Source: Verrucomicrobiia bacterium
Lineage (GTDB): Bacteria > Verrucomicrobiota > Verrucomicrobiia > Limisphaerales > UBA8199
Assembly: GCA_035946615.1 (NCBI GenBank)
Contig: DASYZB010000010.1
Location: forward strand, 5,235 to 69,234
Length of the DNA: 64,000 bases
Direction: 5' to 3'
The notes beneath the pieces are model-generated. The model ran no database searches, was not told the DNA's origin, and saw only the letters and a program-made list of their open reading frames with translations. Both the position numbers and the translations under genes were made by a program. This document shows positions 37,650 to 44,452 of the stretch, one piece after another (position 1 is the first letter of the stretch; every line of letters starts with the position of its first letter).

Positions 37650-38212
37650 TAGAAACAGCAATACCAGCGCCGGCTGCTCCGGCAATCAACGCGCCGGCCG
37701 TCCAGGCCGCAGCCAAGGACCTCGTGGATACTGCCACGCTGGTTAAATCAATCCTCACGGCCTACAAACAAGGCGGCGCCGCAGCGGCCGCTGGCCAGCT
37801 CCCCGCCGCCGTGAGCCAGATCGCCACGGATATAAAGGACGCGGAGGCTGCCCTGCCCTCGATCAAAAGCGGCTACGCTACCACGGAATTCTGGCTCACT
37901 GCCGGCGTCGTGGTTCTCAACGGCGTTTATCCGCTGGTCACCGGCAAGCAACTCCCATTCGATGCCAATATCGTGATGGGCGCTGCCGTGGCCATCTACA
38001 CGGCAGCTCGAGGCCTTCAAAACCAAAGCCGCATGAAACGGTTATGCTTTTTGACTGGACTCTGCTTGCTGCTTAGCGGCTGCAAAGTGGTTGAGCGCAT
38101 CGCTACTGCCCCGCTGGGCCTGGCCATGGGGGTTTATTGGGGCGCTCACGACAGATCGCCCGGAGTTGAAAGGCCTCCCAATACCAACAGCTTTTCTGCA
38201 TTGCCCCATTGA
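37646..38212 (+). CDS. Two-TM holin-like membrane protein (188 aa) with an in-frame lipoprotein-type start near its 3' end
   Basis: The TM segments are TTEFWLTAGVVVLNGVYPLV and IVMGAAVAIYTAARGL. Confidence 0.5.
   Translation: MIETAIPAPAAPAINAPAVQAAAKDLVDTATLVKSILTAYKQGGAAAAAGQLPAAVSQIATDIKDAEAALPSIKSGYATTEFWLTAGVVVLNGVYPLVTGKQLPFDANIVMGAAVAIYTAARGLQNQSRMKRLCFLTGLCLLLSGCKVVERIATAPLGLAMGVYWGAHDRSPGVERPPNTNSFSALPH
38033..38212 (+). CDS. Possible internally initiated small lipoprotein (59 aa)
   Basis: An in-frame ATG gives MKRLCFLTGLCLLLSGC, a lipobox-type signal peptide. Confidence 0.3.
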   Translation: MKRLCFLTGLCLLLSGCKVVERIATAPLGLAMGVYWGAHDRSPGVERPPNTNSFSALPH

Positions 38213-38216
38213 ACCA

Positions 38217-38426
38217 ATGCTCACTGGCTTTCTATCTCTGGCGGGCGCGTTGCTCTCCATCCTCTTTTGGGAGATGAAACGGCGCGCCGCCAAGGTGGAC
38301 GATCCGAGAAATGAAAATCAAAATGCACGCGACCAAAACCGGCAGGCGATTGCCAATGGTTCTGCTGGCGATCTGCTTGACCGCCGGCTTAACCGGCTGT
38401 CTCCACCCGCAGGTCAAGGTCATTGA
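38217..38426 (+). CDS. Small N-terminal-TM protein (69 aa), i-spanin-like position
   Basis: MLTGFLSLAGALLSILFW is followed by a charged tail. The next lipoprotein gene starts inside it in another frame. Confidence 0.45.
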   Translation: MLTGFLSLAGALLSILFWEMKRRAAKVDDPRNENQNARDQNRQAIANGSAGDLLDRRLNRLSPPAGQGH

Positions 38427-38571
38427 CCCAACGACAACCGTTCAGCGGCTCCCAAGAGGAACCAACGTAACGGCCTGCGTGGATGGCTATTTTGTGCCTG
38501 ATGCGACCATGCTTCGGATTCTCGATCACCTCGGGGAGCTGGATGTCTTCGGCACAAACCAAACAAAGTAA
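38311..38571 (+). CDS. Small lipoprotein (86 aa), o-spanin-like overlapped arrangement
   Basis: The signal peptide with lipobox reads LLAICLTAGLTGC. The start is embedded out of frame in 38217..38426. Confidence 0.55.
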   Translation: MKIKMHATKTGRRLPMVLLAICLTAGLTGCLHPQVKVIDPTTTVQRLPRGTNVTACVDGYFVPDATMLRILDHLGELDVFGTNQTK

Positions 38572-38577
38572 AAAAAT

Positions 38578-38958
38578 ATGAGCGAAACCCAAACTTCAAC
38601 GCCGCCGCCTGCACTGGCGCCAGGCCAGCCCGTCCCCATCAGCCCCGGCAAGATTCCCGAGAGTATAGCGGCAATCCGCGTCCTTTCTGATCCGATGCAG
38701 CTGCTCGAGAAAGAGGCTGACGACCTTTTGGCTCAGAATGCCGCTCTGCAAATCGAGAACAGCACGCTTAAGAACCAGGTTGAACAGCTTACCGCCTTGG
38801 TCCAAAAGAAACCGGCGGCCGCTGGCTTCTTGCCAGCCACTGAAGCAGAGCTGCGCGCGCTGGTGAACGGCTTGGAGAAGAAAGCGCTGCCTTGGGGTTA
38901 CCGAGCGGGCAAACTGCTCTCTGAGCTGGTCAACGAACGCTGGTTGCTCAGGCGATGA
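38578..38958 (+). CDS. Coiled-coil protein (126 aa)
   Basis: Heptad-like LLEKEADDLLAQNAALQIENSTLKNQVEQLTALV. Confidence 0.55.
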   Translation: MSETQTSTPPPALAPGQPVPISPGKIPESIAAIRVLSDPMQLLEKEADDLLAQNAALQIENSTLKNQVEQLTALVQKKPAAAGFLPATEAELRALVNGLEKKALPWGYRAGKLLSELVNERWLLRR

Positions 38959-39095
38959 GCTTTCTACGCTCAGCACTGAGCCTGGTTACTCAGGCCGTTA
39001 AGGACCTGTTCTCGGGCAAGATTAACGCCCTCGGGCTTGCCATGCTGGCTCTGGCGGGCTTTGTCGGTTGGTGGCTCTGGAAGAAGCTCAAATGA
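38955..39095 (+). CDS. 46-aa single-TM protein with a basic C-terminus (coat-protein-like; below the track cut-off)
   Basis: My own translation is MSFLRSALSLVTQAVKDLFSGKINALGLAMLALAGFVGWWLWKKLK. Both ends have ATGA junctions. Confidence 0.45.
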   Translation: MSFLRSALSLVTQAVKDLFSGKINALGLAMLALAGFVGWWLWKKLK

Positions 39096-39253
39096 ACCAA
39101 CGCCAAGCCACCGCTTCGATCATCATGCTGGTGCTCATCCTGCTGGGCATGGCCGGCCTCTATTACGGCCTCTGGAAGGCTTACCAGCTTTACCAGCAAT
39201 ACCAGGCACAATACCAAAAAGGCGGAATCCTCGGTCTGCTAGGTGGAAAATGA
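39092..39253 (+). CDS. 53-aa single-TM protein
   Basis: MNQRQATASIIMLVLILLGMAGLYYGLWKAYQLYQQYQAQYQKGGILGLLGGK. The start is ATGA-coupled. Confidence 0.45.
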   Translation: MNQRQATASIIMLVLILLGMAGLYYGLWKAYQLYQQYQAQYQKGGILGLLGGK

Positions 39254-39635
39254 AGTCCAAATTGCGCAAAGCCAACAGGTCCAAACGGCGTCCTGGGCGG
39301 TCACGGCGGGGAACGGCCATGATAAGCGTCCGGTTCCGGGAGCCCTTGAGGTTTCTCAAAACCCTGTTGCATTAAAGCTGCCTTGCGTCCTGCCGGTCTC
39401 CGCCGCCGATGCCCTTGCCTGGGCCGAAGGCCGGCTGGATGATCTGGACCTTGTGCTGAATGCCAAATTGCGCCCGGAAGCCGTCTTTGTCGTGAACCTT
39501 CCCAACCTTCGCTCTTACCGTCAAACGCTGCGCCTAGTGGCCAATTGGCGCGAGCGCGGGGCAGTCTGCATGATAGCCCGAACCGGAAGCGATCTGGTGG
39601 AAGACGGTCACTGCGAAATTCATAGGGCTTCGTGA
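39243..39635 (+). CDS. Hypothetical protein (130 aa, GTG start); competes with a 41-aa Arg/Lys-rich ORF at 39250..39375
   Basis: The C-terminal two thirds have a normal protein-like composition. The true start is unclear. Confidence 0.3.
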   Translation: MENEVQIAQSQQVQTASWAVTAGNGHDKRPVPGALEVSQNPVALKLPCVLPVSAADALAWAEGRLDDLDLVLNAKLRPEAVFVVNLPNLRSYRQTLRLVANWRERGAVCMIARTGSDLVEDGHCEIHRAS

Positions 39636-39754
39636 GTTCCACGGGCTACACGGTCCGAATCCTCGAATATGACATCGAGGACGGCGGAGCGGCCGCAGGT
39701 CGGCGGACAAGGCGTCGGCCAGCGTCGGGCCCATGCGCAAAAAGGGTTGCCAAG

Positions 39755-39769
39755 GCACCTAAAAGGTGC
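39755..39769. promoter_or_regulatory. Palindrome GCACCT-AAA-AGGTGC upstream of the RHH antitoxin gene (candidate operator)
   Basis: A perfect 6-3-6 inverted repeat lies 12 nt before the ATG at 39781. Confidence 0.4.
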
Positions 39770-39780
39770 AAATTGAACCC

Positions 39781-40023
39781 ATGAAGCGTTCAGTTGACTT
39801 GGATGAAGACCTTGCCGCTGAGGTGGAAAAAGCGGCGGAGCTGGTCAGGGAAAAGCCGGCTACTGTAATTCGGCTTGCTATCCGTGCCGGGCTGCCAAGC
39901 GTTACGAGCCGATTCCAAGCTCCAAGGCCTGAGGGCTATTTCGCGGACGCTTACAAGGACGCTGCCCGGGCCGAGAGTGAGAACAAGATGCTATCTGCTC
40001 TGATCCAGAAACCGGAGCGATGA
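39781..40023 (+). CDS. Ribbon-helix-helix (CopG-like) antitoxin
   Basis: MKRSVDLDEDLAAEVEKAAELVREKPATVIRLAIRAGL. It overlaps the toxin gene as ATGA. Confidence 0.6.
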   Translation: MKRSVDLDEDLAAEVEKAAELVREKPATVIRLAIRAGLPSVTSRFQAPRPEGYFADAYKDAARAESENKMLSALIQKPER

Positions 40024-40346
40024 GGATTTGGCAATGGGAAATCTGGAAAGCGAAGGTTCCAGGATTCGCCGTTGATCATTGGTTTGTCCTGCTGAGCGGA
40101 CAGGAGCGGCTCGATAACCCGAAGCATCAGGCCTGCAATGGTCTAATCTGTTACACGCTGCGAGGACCGCCAATTTCCACAGATGTCCGGCTTGACGCGG
40201 CGGACGGGTTTAGAGCCGCTACCGCTTGCCAATGCGACTTTCTTTGGGTGCTTGATAAGCGGACGCTGCACAGCCAAACTGGGACGGTTTCCTGGGAGCG
40301 CCAGCAACAAATCCGCAGTAAAGTCCGCGAAATCTTGCGTCTTTAA
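40020..40346 (+). CDS. MazF/PemK-like toxin
   Basis: 108 aa. WEIWKAKVPG...HWFVLLS...CQCDFLWVLDKRTL..TGTVS matches the family's strand pattern and its position after an RHH gene. Confidence 0.55.
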   Translation: MRIWQWEIWKAKVPGFAVDHWFVLLSGQERLDNPKHQACNGLICYTLRGPPISTDVRLDAADGFRAATACQCDFLWVLDKRTLHSQTGTVSWERQQQIRSKVREILRL

Positions 40347-40380
40347 AACATCATTGGGACCCGTGTGAACGCGCTGCTCG

Positions 40381-40869
40381 TCATTGGCTCAATCCATTTG
40401 TTGTTTGTTGTTTGCCGTGACCGCCTTCACGCTGGCTCAGGATCCGCCACCCATGTGTACCATACATTATTTTCAGAACCCTGATCGGGTCGGCGTTCGG
40501 AGAGTAGTCCTCTCCCCAAATAGCTAAAGTAGAATAGCGCCAGTTTCCACCGATGTACTTGATGCCAACGGTGCCTTTATCCAGAACGATCTCGTATGGT
40601 CTCTTCCCAGCCAAAGCAAACTCGCCTAGAATGTTGGTATCGGCGATAGACTCCTCCCCTGCCCCAGGGCCGCCCCGTTGCCGCATCAGACGATCACACC
40701 GGGATGCGAACTGATCCAACTCGCTGCGTGGAAGGGCTTCAACTGCGTCACAGAAAGCGCGACTTTTGGCGACCCGGTACCGAAGAACCCAAAATGGCAG
40801 GGCGACCACCAGGAGCAAAGCCCCGATTAGGAGGAAAACAACCCACGCCCGTGTCGTCATAGCTCCCAC
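40381..40869 (-). CDS. Hypothetical membrane-anchored protein (162 aa)
   Basis: N-terminal TM helix AWVVFLLIGALLLVVALPFWVL. I recognise no family. Confidence 0.5.
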   Translation of the reverse strand: MGAMTTRAWVVFLLIGALLLVVALPFWVLRYRVAKSRAFCDAVEALPRSELDQFASRCDRLMRQRGGPGAGEESIADTNILGEFALAGKRPYEIVLDKGTVGIKYIGGNWRYSTLAIWGEDYSPNADPIRVLKIMYGTHGWRILSQREGGHGKQQTTNGLSQ

Positions 40870-40940
40870 CGCTGCCCGGTACCCTGGCTGAGTGATTGAG
40901 GCATATGTTGAGTGTCCTTCCGAAAGGGCTTGGGGAGCCT

Positions 40941-41065
40941 ATGATGCAGGCCGTTGGCCTGCAAACAGAATTATAGCCATTCGTACCCAGGACGTTGGCC
41001 CTGGGCCGGTATGAGGGACGCCTTTGGCGTCCTGCGTCGCTACGCGACGCAACCTCGATTTGTTG
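40941..41065 (+). repeat. Hairpin-rich intergenic repeat, family B (copy 2)
   Basis: It contains AGGCCGTTGGCCT, CCCAGG..CCTGGG and GGTATGAGGGACGCCTTTGGCGTCC. Confidence 0.6.
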
Positions 41066-41338
41066 GCTCTTCTTCCGTAGGCCGAGGCCCACAGCCACCG
41101 GCATGGCACCGCTACGCGGTGCGAGGCGCCGGCACAACTTCCTTTTGCATCAGGTCCGTCGCCAGCGAAGGGCAAAAAAATTGACACCATTCTCCTCATC
41201 CTCGATTTTCCAGGGGCTTCGAGGACGAGGACGAAAGGAAGAGCCGACTATTTTCAAAACACGCCCTAAAGGTCCCTAAAGGTCCGCACAACCCACAATT
41301 TCCATTTGCACTGGAGAGATTACTGAGGCAAACTTAAA

Positions 41339-41353
41339 TGCAAATGATTTGCA
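41339..41353. promoter_or_regulatory. Perfect 7-1-7 palindrome TGCAAATGATTTGCA, candidate Zur/Fur-family operator
   Basis: It lies 10 nt upstream of the ZIP transporter start. The operon also encodes the Fur-family regulator. Confidence 0.6.
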
Positions 41354-41362
41354 ATTGAGCGC

Positions 41363-42118
41363 ATGATAACCCCTGTTTTAATCCGCATCTTTGCGGCCTT
41401 TGCCATTGCGCTGGCGGGCGGGGCGTTCAGCGCGTTGCTGGCGCGGACGCACAAGCAGCTTTGCGCCTTTATCAGTCTGGGGGCGGGGACGTTATTGGGG
41501 GTTGCGGTCTGCGGGATCGCCCCGGAATGCCTGGAGGCCTTGAGTTGGTGGCAATTTGTCCTGGGGGTTGGGTCGGGTTATGTCCTGTTCGCCGTGGTGA
41601 GCAAATACATTTTTCATATCTGCCCGGCATGCGCGGCCAGTCATTTCGATGATGTAACGACGCATCATCTGGCGGAGTTCGCGCTGGCGATGATGATAGC
41701 GCTGGCGATTCATTGCACGGTGGATGGATTGGCGCTGGCGGTGGGCCACGAAGAGAGCGAGGCGGTTGATTTGTCTGTCACCTTTGCCATTTGCGTGCAT
41801 AAGTTTCCGGAGGGCCTGGCGCTGGGGGCGCTGCTGCTGGGGGGCGGATTTCGGCGAGCCAGGATGCTGTGGCTGGTGACAGCGGTGGAGTCCACAACGA
41901 TTTTGGGCGGGTTGCTGGGGTGGTTTGCCCTGCACGATGTGTCGAATATGTGGCTGGCGCTTGCGCTGGCAAATGCGGGTGGCGGATTTCTTTATCTTGC
42001 GCTGCATGCGGTGCTGGGCGAGATTTTCAAGCACCATAAGGGACTGGTGCTGGGGAGTTTTGCCAGTGGTTTCAGCGCGATTGCCGCGTTGATTCTGTAT
42101 TTTCATTTAAAGGCCTAA
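41363..42118 (+). CDS. ZIP-family zinc/metal transporter
   Basis: Eight hydrophobic segments and the signature HKFPEGLALG. Confidence 0.85.
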   Translation: MITPVLIRIFAAFAIALAGGAFSALLARTHKQLCAFISLGAGTLLGVAVCGIAPECLEALSWWQFVLGVGSGYVLFAVVSKYIFHICPACAASHFDDVTTHHLAEFALAMMIALAIHCTVDGLALAVGHEESEAVDLSVTFAICVHKFPEGLALGALLLGGGFRRARMLWLVTAVESTTILGGLLGWFALHDVSNMWLALALANAGGGFLYLALHAVLGEIFKHHKGLVLGSFASGFSAIAALILYFHLKA

Positions 42119-42583
42119 ATGCCCAAATTGGAATCACCACGTCATTTCGATATGCCACGGACAAAGACCATGTCGGCCTTGACGGAGCGCCTGCGGCGTC
42201 ACGCGCGGAAGATCACCGGGCCGCGCAAGGCGGTTCTGGAGATTCTGCGAAAGCACTCGCATCCACTGACAAACCGGGAGGTGCTGGTCGCCCTGCCCCG
42301 CGGGCAATGCGATTTGGCCACAGTTTACCGGGCGATGCACGTGCTCGAGGGGATAGGGATGGTGAAGCGCTTTGATTTTGGGGACGGCGTCGCTCGATTC
42401 GAGCTGATTGGCGACGGCGGGGACGGGCATCATCATCACTTGATTTGCACCCACTGCGCGCGAGTAGTTGAGATCGAGGAATGTTTTTCAGGGTTGATGG
42501 AAAAGCGGATTGCGGCCAAAAACGGTTTCAAAGGGGTGACGCACCGGCTGGAGTTTTTTGGGATTTGCCGGGAGTGCCAGTGA
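42119..42583 (+). CDS. zur: Fur-family metalloregulator (probably Zur)
   Basis: Winged helix (ATVYRAMHVLEGIGMV), HHHH, CTHC...CREC. It starts at the nucleotide after the ZIP stop. Confidence 0.75.
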   Translation: MPKLESPRHFDMPRTKTMSALTERLRRHARKITGPRKAVLEILRKHSHPLTNREVLVALPRGQCDLATVYRAMHVLEGIGMVKRFDFGDGVARFELIGDGGDGHHHHLICTHCARVVEIEECFSGLMEKRIAAKNGFKGVTHRLEFFGICRECQ

Positions 42584-42742
42584 ACGGTGGCACCCATCGC
42601 TCAAAGCTGAAATTCTGGAAAGATTGTTCGATCTGCCGGGCACCTGTTGAGCCGTTGCAAAGATTTCATTGTCCCGCTTTTTTGGTTGTGAGGCTGTTTT
42701 CTTGAATTGACAACTTCCCCCGGGCGTCTGAAACATTGGGTT

Positions 42743-44155
42743 ATGAACGAATCTTTCCAATCCTCGAATACCTCACGCCGGGAGTTTATCAAGACGACTG
42801 GCCGTCTAGCTGCAGTCTCGGCCCTGGCTGGAGTGACCTTGCCGAACGTCCATGCCGCCTCAGGAGACGCCTTGCAGGTTGCGTTAATCGGGTGCGGCGG
42901 GCGCGGGACAGGCGCCGCGGCCAACGCCTTGGAGACGAGCGGCGGCCCAATCAAGCTGGTGGCCATGGCGGATGTTTTTGAAAACCGCCTCAACCGCAGC
43001 TATGAGAATCTTAGCAGAGGCCATGCCGCTAAGATGGATGTGCCGCAGGAGCGAAAATTCATCGGCTTCGATGCTTATCGCAAGGCGATGGACTGCCTGA
43101 AGCCAGGGGACGTTGCGATTTTCACGACGCCGCTGGCATTTCGCTGGGTGCATTTTACCTATGCGATTGAAAAGAGGCTGAACGTGTTTATGGAGAAGCC
43201 GTTGACGGCCGACGGTCCGACCTCGAAGCGGATGCTGGACCTGGCGGAGCAGGCGATCAAAAAGAACCTTAAAGTTGGGGTGGGTTTGATGTCGCGCCAT
43301 AGCCGCGCGTTCCAGGAGCTGGCGGACCGGCTTCATGGGGGAGAGATTGGGGACATCATTTTGCTGCGCGGTTACCGGATGCACGGCCCGGCGGGGTCGG
43401 CTTATGTGACCAAGTGGCCGGGCAACCCGAGCGAATTGCTGTGGCAAATCCGCAACTTCCATAGTTTCCTCTGGGCCAGCGGCGGGTGTTTCAATGACTT
43501 TTACATTCATCACATCGATCACCTATGCTGGATGAAGAATGATTGGCCGGTGAAGGCCCAGGCCCTGGGCGGCAAGCATTACAAGACCAATCCCGAAGGC
43601 GAGCCTTACGTGGATCAGAATTTCGACGTTTATTCGGTGGAATACACCTTTGCGGACGGCACCAAGATGTATATGGACGGCCGCTGCATGAACGGCTGCA
43701 ACGACATTTATTCCAGCTACGCCCAAGGCAGCAAGGGCATGGCGATTGTGTCTCATGCCAATGACTGCGGATTTCCTTCGATGACGTTCAAGACCCAGGC
43801 GCCCAAGCGCTCGGAGATGATCTGGCAGGCCAAGGAGATCGCCGGCCAGCAGGACCCATATGAGAACGAATGGAATGACCTGCTGGAGGCCATCCGCAAC
43901 GACAAGCCCTACAACGAAGTCGAGCGGGGGGTCAAAGCCAGCGTGACATCGAGCATGGGCCGAATGGCGGCGCACACGGGCCAGGAAATCAGCTTTGAGG
44001 ACATGCTCAATTGCGATCAGGAGTTCGCGCCCGGGGCGGACAAGTTTACGTTCGAGTCCCCTGCCCCGCTGGTGTCGGATAAGAACGGGAGATACCCGAT
44101 TCCGGCGCCCGGCATTACACGCAAGCACGAGTACGAGCCGGTGGCTTCGGCGTAA
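42743..44155 (+). CDS. Gfo/Idh/MocA family oxidoreductase with a TAT signal
   Basis: SRREFIKTTGRLAAVSALAG is followed by VALIGCGGRGTGAA. Confidence 0.8.
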   Translation: MNESFQSSNTSRREFIKTTGRLAAVSALAGVTLPNVHAASGDALQVALIGCGGRGTGAAANALETSGGPIKLVAMADVFENRLNRSYENLSRGHAAKMDVPQERKFIGFDAYRKAMDCLKPGDVAIFTTPLAFRWVHFTYAIEKRLNVFMEKPLTADGPTSKRMLDLAEQAIKKNLKVGVGLMSRHSRAFQELADRLHGGEIGDIILLRGYRMHGPAGSAYVTKWPGNPSELLWQIRNFHSFLWASGGCFNDFYIHHIDHLCWMKNDWPVKAQALGGKHYKTNPEGEPYVDQNFDVYSVEYTFADGTKMYMDGRCMNGCNDIYSSYAQGSKGMAIVSHANDCGFPSMTFKTQAPKRSEMIWQAKEIAGQQDPYENEWNDLLEAIRNDKPYNEVERGVKASVTSSMGRMAAHTGQEISFEDMLNCDQEFAPGADKFTFESPAPLVSDKNGRYPIPAPGITRKHEYEPVASA

Positions 44156-44157
44156 GG

Positions 44158-44316
44158 GTTTTAACGCAGAGACGGCCAGGGAACTGGACGCGGGCCGGGC
44201 CAGGGGCTCAGACGCGTTATTTCGGCGGCTCCAACAGCTTTATTTAATGAGGCGTAGGCTCGGGCCATCCACTGGTGTCTGCGTCTCTGCGGCTTCGCGC
44301 CTTTGCGTTAAAATAA
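44158..44316. repeat. Intergenic element bounded by imperfect inverted repeats (TTTTAACGCAGAGACG ... CGTCTCTGCGG..GCGTTAAAA)
   Basis: It lies between convergent genes and could act as a bidirectional terminator. Confidence 0.4.
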
Positions 44317-44452
44317 GGGTCATCGAGCAGGCCGTTGACTACACGATGAATGCCCGCGCGCAGAGGCGGAAAGCCTCTGCGCTTCTGTTTGCAATCCGCA
44401 GGCCGGATCCGGTTGACCCGGCTCAGTTTCTTTTGGCGCTCCTGGTTGGAAG

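Larger units (their letters stand above)
31330..40370 (+). mobile_element. Integrase-less ~9-kb virus-like island adjacent to dif (candidate IMEX/prophage); right boundary uncertain
   Basis: The segment has ORFan operons with many ATGA-coupled junctions, a replisome-organizer-like gene, an MTase remnant, 2 TA pairs, a small P-loop ATPase and a module rich in membrane proteins and lipoproteins. No recombinase ORF is visible. Confidence 0.55.

Noticed and set aside
40343-40370. A possible second dif-like junction, TTAAAACATCA-TTGGGAC-CCGTGTGAAC, at the MazF-like gene stop.
   Set aside because: It matches only about 7/11 in the XerD-like arm and about 6/11 in the XerC-like arm, and it needs a 7-nt spacer. 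Matches this weak are expected by chance in a short region. I keep it only as a place to look.
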